A program made the translations under genes and the position numbers. A stretch of 64,000 nucleotides of DNA from positions 1,843 to 65,842 of the forward strand of contig CAZDRU010000043.1 in NCBI GenBank assembly GCA_964508175.1, read 5' to 3'. The notes under the pieces were generated by a model that worked only from the letters and a program-made list of their open reading frames with translations, made no database searches and was not told where the DNA came from. Of the stretch, positions 50,161 to 58,468 are shown in pieces. The stretch is from an uncultured Dehalococcoidia bacterium (GTDB taxonomy: Bacteria; Chloroflexota; Dehalococcoidia; Lucifugimonadales; CAZDRU01). Within the stretch, counting starts at the first letter, position 1. Each line of letters starts with the position of its first letter.

Positions 50161-51420
50161 ATGAATAATAAAAAATTAAGTATTGGTATTTTAGGTTGTG
50201 GAGGTATTTCTCGATGGCTTTATGTACGAGTACTTAGCGAACTTTGTGATATTGCTCAAGTTGTAGCTGTTTGTGATCTCGAAGAAAATTTAGCTGAAGA
50301 AAGAAAATTGATGTTTCAAAATGCTTATTTGGAAAAACATCTTGAAAACGAAAGATTAATACTTCAAAGTACTTCTTCTGAAGATTTGGAAACATTTGCA
50401 TTTAAATCTTTAGCTGCAAAGGAAGCTGCAAGTTCAGAAATTACAGTATATTCTGATTATCATGAGATGCTTAAAAATGATGATATTGATGTGATTTTTG
50501 TTTTAACTCCTCCTAATTTTCGTTCACAACCAGTAGTAGATTGTTTAGAAGCAGGTAAACATGTTTTTTCTGAAGGACCTATGGACCCTACAGTTGAGGG
50601 AGCGAATTTAATTTGGAATACAGTACAGAAATCTAAACTTAAGTATCATTCACAGTGTCAGGATCGTTTTACTAGAGGAGTTAATATAGCTAGAGAGACT
50701 GTTAATAAAGCTCTGGGTTCTATTATTAGTGCTAGAATAGAGATGCATGGATTTAGAGATAATTCATATTATGAAGCAGGTGGTGGTTCAGGTACAGGTT
50801 GGCATGGAAGTTTTGCTACTGAAGGGGGAGGATGCGTTTACCATCATGGAAGATATCAAATAGAGCCGTTTTTATATATTATTGATTCTCCTATTAAAGA
50901 AGTTTTTGCTTATTCTAAAGCACGTTTTCGAAACATTGAAGTTGATAATATTACCGATGCTCTCTTACTTTTTGAAAATGGTGCTATAGGTACAGTACAT
51001 GCTTCTCTTTTAGATCGAAAACTGAAAGATCATCCAAATAGAGGGAGAATAGAAGTTCAAGGAGAACACGGAGGTTTATTATATTTGGGAGGAATAATGG
51101 AGCAAGGAAATACTGGAGCAGATGTTTCCATTAGTCCTAATTCAACTCCAGAAAGTATTAAGAAATTCGAGGATATTTCCAATCAATTTTCACATATTCC
51201 TGAATTTGTGGCTGAAAGTTATCAAAGTAGAGTTTTCTTAGAAAGTATTATTGAAAACAAAACATTTTTTGAGCCAGCGAACGTCCCAATGAATCATGTT
51301 GAATTAACTTGGGCTATATATAAATCGGCAGCAACAAAACAACCTGTAACTTTACCTATTAAATTAGGGGATGATTTTTATAAAGGAGCTCCAAAAGGGC
51401 TCGATTTATCTAAATGTTAG
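50161..51420 (+). CDS. divergent Gfo/Idh/MocA family oxidoreductase
   Basis: GILGCGGI, DID.....PP, AGKHVFSEGP, W......GGG; start at ATG 50161 (GGAGG SD). Confidence 0.8.
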   Translation: MNNKKLSIGILGCGGISRWLYVRVLSELCDIAQVVAVCDLEENLAEERKLMFQNAYLEKHLENERLILQSTSSEDLETFAFKSLAAKEAASSEITVYSDYHEMLKNDDIDVIFVLTPPNFRSQPVVDCLEAGKHVFSEGPMDPTVEGANLIWNTVQKSKLKYHSQCQDRFTRGVNIARETVNKALGSIISARIEMHGFRDNSYYEAGGGSGTGWHGSFATEGGGCVYHHGRYQIEPFLYIIDSPIKEVFAYSKARFRNIEVDNITDALLLFENGAIGTVHASLLDRKLKDHPNRGRIEVQGEHGGLLYLGGIMEQGNTGADVSISPNSTPESIKKFEDISNQFSHIPEFVAESYQSRVFLESIIENKTFFEPANVPMNHVELTWAIYKSAATKQPVTLPIKLGDDFYKGAPKGLDLSKC

Positions 51421-51524
51421 CTTATTATCTCAAAAGAAAAGTTTACATTTATAGGATAGGATAGTTTTATATGATGTTGTTGAAAAGAAAGAAATATAAT
51501 ACAAATTAAATATGAGGTGAAATA

Positions 51525-52535
51525 ATGGATCCACTGAAGAAAAATAGAATTAGTAATACAGATCTTTTTGTGACTTCAATCGGATTTGGAGCTGCTACTT
51601 TAGGTAATTTATATAAAAGTGTTGAGGAAAAACAGGCTTTGGCAACCCTTGAATCGGTTTTTGATTTGCAATTAAATTATCTTGATGTTGCTCCTTATTA
51701 TGGATATGGTTTGGCAGAAGAAAGAGTAGGGAAAATTTTAAGTCAATTACCCAGAAATGATTTTGTTATATCTACTAAAGTTGGTCGTTTGATAAGAGAT
51801 GAAGGAGTTCATGACACTGAAGTATTTGTAGGTGGAAATAAAGAAGGAATTATATATGATTTAAGCAGAGATGGAGTACTCAGGTCTATTGATGAAAGTT
51901 TAAATCGTTTAAAAATAGATAGTATTGATATTATTTTTATGCATGATCCAGATACACATCCTGAAGGACGTGAAAAAGGATATAAAATTGCCATAGAAGA
52001 GGCCTATCCCACTATTCATGATTTGCGTAGTCAGGGAGTCATTAAAGCTATTGGAGCAGGAATGAATGAGTCTGAAATGTTGATTCAATTTGCTAAAAAT
52101 GGAGATTTTGATTGTTTTTTACTTGCAGGACGCTATACCTTAATTGATCATGAAGCGCTTGAAGAATTACTCCCACTTTGTATTGAGAAAAATATAAGCA
52201 TTTCTTTAGGAGGTGCGTATAATAGTGGCATTTTAGCTTCAGATTTAAAAGACCCAAAGAGGTTGAAATTTAATTATACAGATGCCTCTCAAGAAATATT
52301 GGATAAAGCTAAAAAAATCAAAGATGTATGTGACCAATATAATATTTCTTTAAAAGCCGCAGCTCTTCAATTTGTATATGCTCATCCTGCTGTGGCAAGC
52401 GTGATTATAGGTGCTTCATCTCCTGATAGAGTTAGAGAAAATTTTCAAATGGCTTCGGAACCTATTCCTTCTGAATTCTGGATGGAATTAAAAAGAAATA
52501 ATCTAATTCCAGAACACGCTCCTACTCCAAATTGA
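51525..52535 (+). CDS. aldo/keto reductase, D-threo-aldose/L-fucose 1-dehydrogenase-like
   Basis: GFG.A.LGNLY, D.APYYG.GLAE, STKVGR, HDPD, IGAGMN, LLAGRYTL, NSGILA. Confidence 0.88.
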   Translation: MDPLKKNRISNTDLFVTSIGFGAATLGNLYKSVEEKQALATLESVFDLQLNYLDVAPYYGYGLAEERVGKILSQLPRNDFVISTKVGRLIRDEGVHDTEVFVGGNKEGIIYDLSRDGVLRSIDESLNRLKIDSIDIIFMHDPDTHPEGREKGYKIAIEEAYPTIHDLRSQGVIKAIGAGMNESEMLIQFAKNGDFDCFLLAGRYTLIDHEALEELLPLCIEKNISISLGGAYNSGILASDLKDPKRLKFNYTDASQEILDKAKKIKDVCDQYNISLKAAALQFVYAHPAVASVIIGASSPDRVRENFQMASEPIPSEFWMELKRNNLIPEHAPTPN

Positions 52536-52558
52536 GTGGATTTCAATATATAAAAATA

Positions 52559-53278
52559 TTACCGAAATTGTTCTTTGAAATTAAAAATTTCTTTCATTGA
52601 ACACCACCATTCATTATTATCACTATCTGGCAATTGTTCTTGAAAAGTTTGCATTAAATCTTCCCATTTTAGAGTGATGGGATACTTGTTATAGATCTCA
52701 TCAGCTTTTTGAGGGTCATAGTCATCTTTTACTGTGCTGTACATACATAGAGTAGTTCCTTGGATAAATATTTTCATATCTTCAGAACCAGATTCTGAAA
52801 GAGCTTTTAATACATCTGGCCAAACATTTTTATGATGTTCTATATATTTCCCAATTAACGAGGAATCATTTTTCAAATGAAGTATTTTCGCATTATATTT
52901 TATGATTTCGTCATTATCTTTTCTTGTTTTAATAAGATTTGATTGTTCTCCCAAATTAAAAATTTCTTTCATTGGACTCCACCATTCATTATTATTACTA
53001 TTTGGTAATTGTTCTTGAAAAGTGTGCATTAAATCTTCCCATTTTTGAGTGATGGAATACTTGTTATAAATTTCATCAGCTTTTTGAGGGTCGTAGTTGT
53101 CTTTGACTGTAGTGTACATGAATAAAGTAGTTCCTCGGATAAATATTTTCATGTTTTGAACTCCAGATTCTGAATGAGCTTTTAATACATCCGGCCAAAC
53201 ATTTTTATGATGTTCTATATATTGTTTAATTAATGAAGGATCATTTTTTAAATGAAGTATTTTTGCATTATATTTCAT
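52559..53278 (-). CDS. L-rhamnose/L-fucose mutarotase-like (RhaM/DUF718) protein with two tandem domains
   Basis: Each half has Y...H..VWP.V, KIF, W...M and W..M.EIF motifs. Confidence 0.8.
   Translation of the reverse strand: MKYNAKILHLKNDPSLIKQYIEHHKNVWPDVLKAHSESGVQNMKIFIRGTTLFMYTTVKDNYDPQKADEIYNKYSITQKWEDLMHTFQEQLPNSNNNEWWSPMKEIFNLGEQSNLIKTRKDNDEIIKYNAKILHLKNDSSLIGKYIEHHKNVWPDVLKALSESGSEDMKIFIQGTTLCMYSTVKDDYDPQKADEIYNKYPITLKWEDLMQTFQEQLPDSDNNEWWCSMKEIFNFKEQFR
52578..53275. repeat. intragenic direct repeat, 2 x ~323 bp (52578-52900 and 52953-53275; period 375 bp)
   Basis: Visible at DNA level; the encoded halves differ at about 18 of about 107 residues (manual count). Confidence 0.92.
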
Positions 53279-53385
53279 GATTGTCTTTTTCCTACTGAAT
53301 AAAATTACATTGTTTCTTGACTAAGTTGTAAGACCATTATAGCCTAACTAAGAATATGTAATCTATCGTTGTAAAGGAGTTATCA

Positions 53386-54162
53386 ATGGATTTAGGGATT
53401 AAAGGGAAAATCGCTCTTGTGACAGGAGGAAGTCGTGGTTTAGGTAGACAGTCTAGTTTATCGTTAGCAAAAGAGGGAGTTCATGTAGCAATATGTGCAA
53501 GAGGTAAGGATGCTATTTCAGATGTAGTTGAGGAAGTAAAACAATATGGAGTTAATGGATTTGGAATAGTAGCTGATATGACTTCATCAGATTCAATTAA
53601 AGAACTTTTTGATACTGTTTCAAGAAAATTTGGCTCTATCAGTATTTTAGTGAATAATGTTGGTGGAAGATTAGGAGGAAAAGATTTAGAAGACACCTCT
53701 GATGAAGAATTTCGACAGACAGTTGAACTTAATCTTTTTTCTACATTAACTTTAACTAGGCTTGTTATTCCTGAAATGAAACAAAATAAATGGGGTAGAA
53801 TCATTAATATTGCATCTATTTATGGACGTGAACATGGAGGAGCATTGGCATATATGTCTGCAAAGGCTGGATTAATTGCAATGACTAAACATTTATCTTT
53901 AGAGTTAGTGAAGACAGGTATTACTGTTAATTCTGTTGCTCCCGGGTCTATTTTTTTTAAAGGAGGATCTTGGGACCGTTTTATATCTCAGAATACAGAA
54001 GAAGATGTTAATAAATTTATAGAGACTAATTTGCCTATGGGTAAATTTGGGTGGCCAGAACCTATAGGAGATACTGTTGCATTTTTATCTTCTAAGAATG
54101 CAGATTTAATTACAGGAAGTTGTATTAATGTTGATGGAGGTCAGAGTACTTCATTAATCTAA
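53386..54162 (+). CDS. SDR family oxidoreductase
   Basis: TGGSRGLG, NNVG, YMSAK, VDGG. Confidence 0.9.
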   Translation: MDLGIKGKIALVTGGSRGLGRQSSLSLAKEGVHVAICARGKDAISDVVEEVKQYGVNGFGIVADMTSSDSIKELFDTVSRKFGSISILVNNVGGRLGGKDLEDTSDEEFRQTVELNLFSTLTLTRLVIPEMKQNKWGRIINIASIYGREHGGALAYMSAKAGLIAMTKHLSLELVKTGITVNSVAPGSIFFKGGSWDRFISQNTEEDVNKFIETNLPMGKFGWPEPIGDTVAFLSSKNADLITGSCINVDGGQSTSLI

Positions 54163-54180
54163 TAGCATAGAATTATAATT

Positions 54181-54915
54181 TTGATTGAAAAGATAGTGAA
54201 TTGTGAGTTTAAGAAACAGTTTTCTTTAAAACGTGTAATAGCTTTACTTTGTTCGCTCGAAAAGAAAGAGAAATGTTATTATTATTTTTTAAATGAACAG
54301 AATATTGATTTAATAGTTAATGATGAGATTCGAAGATTCACCAAAGATAGTATAAAGAGATATCAAACCGATATATTCTTTGTTGATTCCCATCAATCAA
54401 TGTATATTATAATTCCTAAACTTCCGCAAAGATTTGACATTGCTGGTAAAAAAGAATTTGAGATTGTTATGGATTTTATTAAAAATAATCCATTGATAGC
54501 TATTGTATTGATACAATTAGGAAGATTGGCAGTTGGAATTTCTAAAGGAATTAAAAAAATTGATTCGAAAATAGCAACTCGTTTTGTTAAAAACAGGCAT
54601 AAAGCAGGAGGACAATCCCAGAGAAGATTTGAGAGAAATCGATTGAAACAGATTCAAGAATTTAAAATTAAAGCTTGTACAATCACAACTGAAAAGTTGA
54701 CTAAATTTGAAGGAAAATTAGATAAATTATTTGTTGGCGGAGAAAAATTAGTTTTAAATGCCTTTTTAAATGAATGTCTTATTTTTCAGCGGTTTAATAG
54801 TAAAATTATTAATAGAGTTGTTAATTTTAAAAGAGCAGATGAACGAAATCTACTTAAATTAATGAAGGAATTAACTTCTTACGAAGTTGTTAAATTTAAT
54901 GTGAATTTTGATTAA
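54181..54915 (+). CDS. acVLRF1 / Vms1-like (eRF1-fold) peptidyl-tRNA hydrolase family protein
   Basis: SK...RFVKNRHKAGGQSQRRFERNR motif preceded by a G..AVG strand and followed by L.VGG; TTG start. Confidence 0.78.
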   Translation: MIEKIVNCEFKKQFSLKRVIALLCSLEKKEKCYYYFLNEQNIDLIVNDEIRRFTKDSIKRYQTDIFFVDSHQSMYIIIPKLPQRFDIAGKKEFEIVMDFIKNNPLIAIVLIQLGRLAVGISKGIKKIDSKIATRFVKNRHKAGGQSQRRFERNRLKQIQEFKIKACTITTEKLTKFEGKLDKLFVGGEKLVLNAFLNECLIFQRFNSKIINRVVNFKRADERNLLKLMKELTSYEVVKFNVNFD

Positions 54916-54955
54916 TCTGTTTAATGTTTTTGTATTTGATGAAGGATGGTAAATT

Positions 54956-56692
54956 GTGACAAATTTAAGAAGTGGTAATTGGTTAAATGCTAAAGATGTT
55001 CATGGTTTTATTCGGAGAGGTGGATTAAAGGCACAAGGATTTAGTGAAAAGGGATTTAAAAATAAACCAGTTATAGGTATATGTAATAGTTGGAGTGAAT
55101 TGACTCATTGTAATGGGCATCTTCGAGAAGTAGCAGAATCAGTTAAACGAGGTGTTCTACAAGCAGGAGGATTACCATTAGAATTCCCTGTAATCTCTTT
55201 AGGGGAACCGTATATGTTACCTACTGCGATGTTATTTAGAAATTTAATGGCAATGGATGTTGAGGAATCAATAAGAGCAAATCCTTTAGATGCGGTTGTG
55301 TTATTAAGTGGATGTGATAAAACTACTCCTGCAATGCTTATGGGAGCAGCTAGTGCTGATATTCCTTCAATTTTTGTTTCGGGAGGGCCAGCCTTAAAAG
55401 GAAATTGGCGTGGTGAAGTGCTCGGTTCGTGTACTGATTGTCGGAAATATTACGTTGAACTTAGAGCAGGTACGATAAATCGTGAACAGTACAATGCTAT
55501 GGAGCAAAATATTTATCGTAGTTATGGACATTGTATGGTTATGGGGACAGCTTCAAGCATGGGATGTATTGTAGAATCGTTGGGAATGACTTTGCCTGGT
55601 GGGGCTGCTATCCCAGCAGTAGATTCACGTCGTTATGCTTTTGCTGAGGAAACTGGGATGAGAGCTGTTGAACTTGTTAAAGAAAATTTAAAACCTTCAC
55701 AAATTATGACTCAGAACTCTTTTTTAAATGCTATACGGGTTTTGATGGCTTTAGGAGGATCTACAAATGCTGTTATTCATTTATTAGCATTAGCAGGCAG
55801 ACTAAATGTAGATATTGATTTGAAAACATTTGACGATATTTCTTCAAAAGTGCCTGTTTTAGCTAATTTAAAACCTGTTGGGAAATATTTGATGGAGGAT
55901 TTTTTCTATGCGGGAGGACTTCCAGCATTATTGAATGAAATGTCTGATTTACTTGACCTTGATATGCTTACTGTTTCAGGAAAAACTTTAGGCGACAATA
56001 TAAAGGGCTTTTCTAATTACAATAAAGATGTAATTCATTCGAAAAACACAGCTTTATTTAATGAAGGAGGACTAGTTGTTCTTCAAGGTAATTTAGCTCC
56101 GAATGGTGCAATTATTAAACATACAGCGGCTGATCCGGATTTATTGACACATCGTGGAAAAGCACTGGTATTTGATAGCTTAGAAGAAATGGAATCTAAA
56201 ATTGATGATCCTGATTTAGATGTTGATAAGGATAGTGTTATTATTCTTCGTAATATAGGGCCTAAAGGTGGGCCAGGCATGCCTGAATGGGGATTTATTC
56301 CAATCCCACAAAAATTATTAAAAAAAGGCATTCGTGATATGGTTAGAATTACTGATGGAAGGATGAGTGGGACTGCTTTTGGGACTATTGTTTTACATGT
56401 ATCTCCTGAATCTAGAGTTGGGGGCCCTTTATCGATTGTTAAGAATGGAGACTATATTATTTTAGATGTTAAAAATCGTCAATTAAATCTAGATTTAGAT
56501 TCTAAAGATATTGCTTTGCGGTTTGCTGATTATAAAAAACCTCAGACATCTAATACTAATCATCGAGGATATTCTTCGTTATATTTAAATCATGTATTAC
56601 AAGCAGAATATGGTTGTGATTTTGATTTTTTGCGAAGAGATTATTCAAATTCTGAACAATTATCAACAGATCCTACAATTCCAACTATATAG
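54956..56692 (+). CDS. IlvD/Edd family dehydratase, sugar-acid (AraD-like) type
   Basis: IGICNSWSEL..CN, MLFRNL.AMDVEE.IRANPLD, GCDKTTP, GHC.VMGTAS, GGSTNA, GGPGMPE, DGRMSGTAFG. Confidence 0.9.
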   Translation: MTNLRSGNWLNAKDVHGFIRRGGLKAQGFSEKGFKNKPVIGICNSWSELTHCNGHLREVAESVKRGVLQAGGLPLEFPVISLGEPYMLPTAMLFRNLMAMDVEESIRANPLDAVVLLSGCDKTTPAMLMGAASADIPSIFVSGGPALKGNWRGEVLGSCTDCRKYYVELRAGTINREQYNAMEQNIYRSYGHCMVMGTASSMGCIVESLGMTLPGGAAIPAVDSRRYAFAEETGMRAVELVKENLKPSQIMTQNSFLNAIRVLMALGGSTNAVIHLLALAGRLNVDIDLKTFDDISSKVPVLANLKPVGKYLMEDFFYAGGLPALLNEMSDLLDLDMLTVSGKTLGDNIKGFSNYNKDVIHSKNTALFNEGGLVVLQGNLAPNGAIIKHTAADPDLLTHRGKALVFDSLEEMESKIDDPDLDVDKDSVIILRNIGPKGGPGMPEWGFIPIPQKLLKKGIRDMVRITDGRMSGTAFGTIVLHVSPESRVGGPLSIVKNGDYIILDVKNRQLNLDLDSKDIALRFADYKKPQTSNTNHRGYSSLYLNHVLQAEYGCDFDFLRRDYSNSEQLSTDPTIPTI

Positions 56693-56719
56693 ATCTTTGT
56701 TAATTATTTAAGAATAAAA

Positions 56720-56797
56720 TGGTGGGCTGCGGTGGACTCGAACCACCGACCTCCGCTTTATCAGAGCGGTGCTCTAACCAGACTGAGCTAGCAGCCC
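56720..56797 (-). tRNA. tRNA-Ile(GAT)
   Basis: Reverse complement GGGCTGCTAGCTCAGTCTGGTTAGAGCACCGCT-CTGATAA-AGCGGAGGTCGGTGGTTCGAGTCCACCGCAGCCCACCA; encoded CCA. Confidence 0.95.
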
Positions 56798-56878
56798 TTC
56801 TAATTTCATGTTACACCATGCTTAATTTTCACTCAAGAAACTTCTATTGTTATTTATAGTATAAGCTAATTTTTTTGT

Positions 56879-56907
56879 TTGCGACTCATTATATCCAAGA
56901 GTATAAT
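56879..56907 (+). promoter_or_regulatory. sigma70-type promoter of pdxST
   Basis: TTGCGA-17 nt-TATAAT. Confidence 0.6.
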
Positions 56908-56952
56908 TATCGATTGAAAATATAAATTAATTTAATCTGGAGATGATGAATA

Positions 56953-57846
56953 ATGAATAATGGCAAAGTAACTGGTTCATTAAAAATAAAATCTGGACTT
57001 GCACAGATGTTAAAAGGTGGAGTTATTATGGATGTTGTTACAGCTGAACAAGCAAAGATTGCATATGATGCAGGCGCTGTAGCTGTAATGGCCTTAGAAA
57101 GAGTTCCTTCAGATATAAGAGCTCAGGGAGGGGTTGCTAGGATGACTGATCCATCTAGAATAGAAGATATTATTGACGCAGTAACTATTCCTGTTATGGC
57201 TAAATGTAGAATCGGACATTTTGTTGAAGCGAAAGTACTTGAATCTTTAGGAATTGATTATATTGATGAATCTGAAGTATTAACTCCTGCAGATGAAAAT
57301 TATCATGTTTGGAAACATGATTTTAAAGTGCCTTTTGTTTGTGGATGTCGTAATTTGGGTGAAGCCTTAAGAAGGGTAGCTGAAGGTGCTGCTATGATCC
57401 GTACAAAAGGAGAAGCCGGAACAGGCAATATAGTTGAAGCAGTTAGACATATGAGAACTGTTATGGATGGAATTAGAAAATTACAGAATATGCCAGATGA
57501 TGAATTAGTAGCTGAGTCTAAAAATATAGGAGCTCCTTTGGATTTACTTCTTAAAACAAAAAAATTAGGTAAGCTTCCAGTAGTTAATTTTGCTGCTGGA
57601 GGAGTTGCAACTCCAGCGGATGCAGCATTAATGATGCATTTAGGAGCAGATGGCGTTTTTGTAGGTTCGGGCATTTTTAAATCAGCAGAACCTAAATTAT
57701 ATGCTGAAGCAATAGTTAAAGCAGTTACTCATTACAAGGATCCTAAAATCGTTGCAGAGGTTTCAAAAGGACTTGGAGAACCAATGTCTGGTATTGATGT
57801 AAGGACTCTTAGTGAAGAACAATTATTATCTTTAAGAGGATGGTAA
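56953..57846 (+). CDS. pdxS: pyridoxal 5'-phosphate synthase lyase subunit
   Basis: [56 protein letters not shown]. Confidence 0.98.
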   Translation: MNNGKVTGSLKIKSGLAQMLKGGVIMDVVTAEQAKIAYDAGAVAVMALERVPSDIRAQGGVARMTDPSRIEDIIDAVTIPVMAKCRIGHFVEAKVLESLGIDYIDESEVLTPADENYHVWKHDFKVPFVCGCRNLGEALRRVAEGAAMIRTKGEAGTGNIVEAVRHMRTVMDGIRKLQNMPDDELVAESKNIGAPLDLLLKTKKLGKLPVVNFAAGGVATPADAALMMHLGADGVFVGSGIFKSAEPKLYAEAIVKAVTHYKDPKIVAEVSKGLGEPMSGIDVRTLSEEQLLSLRGW

Positions 57847-57858
57847 TACCTCAAATAA

Positions 57859-58440
57859 ATGGTATCTAATAGGGTTATAGGAATTTTGGCTTTGCAAGGT
57901 GATTTTATTGAGCATGAATTTGTATTGAAACAAATTGGAGTTCAGTCAAAACAAATTAGATTACCTCAAGATCTTGACGAAATAGATTCATTAATAATTC
58001 CAGGAGGTGAAAGCACTACCTTGGTTTATTTAATGAATTTATATCATTTAGATAAATTGATTGTAGAAAAAGTTCTTAGTGGGATGCCTGTATGGGGTAC
58101 TTGTGCAGGACTTATAGTTTTATCTAAAAAAATAAGAGAAAAATTTCCGGTTCCTTTAAATTTATTGAATATTGAAGTCAGTAGAAATGCATATGGCAGG
58201 CAAGTTGATAGTTTTGAACAGGAGATTATATTTGATGTTATAGGCAATACTCCATTTAATAGTGTATTTATACGAGCTCCAAAAATTATCTCTATTGGGA
58301 ATACCGTAGAATCTTTGGGAGAATTAAATAAGAATACTCCAGTTGCAGTTAGAGAAAAAAATATTCTTGGCACTTCTTTTCATCCAGAATTAACTTCAGA
58401 TTTTAGATTTCATAATTATTTTATTCAAAATGTTGTGTGA
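57859..58440 (+). CDS. pdxT: PLP synthase glutaminase subunit
   Basis: LALQG.F.EH, PGGEST, GTCAG, RNAYGRQVDSF, FIRAP, FHPE. Confidence 0.97.
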   Translation: MVSNRVIGILALQGDFIEHEFVLKQIGVQSKQIRLPQDLDEIDSLIIPGGESTTLVYLMNLYHLDKLIVEKVLSGMPVWGTCAGLIVLSKKIREKFPVPLNLLNIEVSRNAYGRQVDSFEQEIIFDVIGNTPFNSVFIRAPKIISIGNTVESLGELNKNTPVAVREKNILGTSFHPELTSDFRFHNYFIQNVV

Positions 58441-58468
58441 TATAGATATAAAAGTATAAGGAATATGT

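Noticed and set aside
54956-56692. Calling this gene ilvD (branched-chain amino acid synthesis)
   Set aside because: The N-terminal motifs (RNL.AMDVEE.IRANPLD, DGRMSGTA) and the neighbourhood fit sugar-acid dehydratases better.
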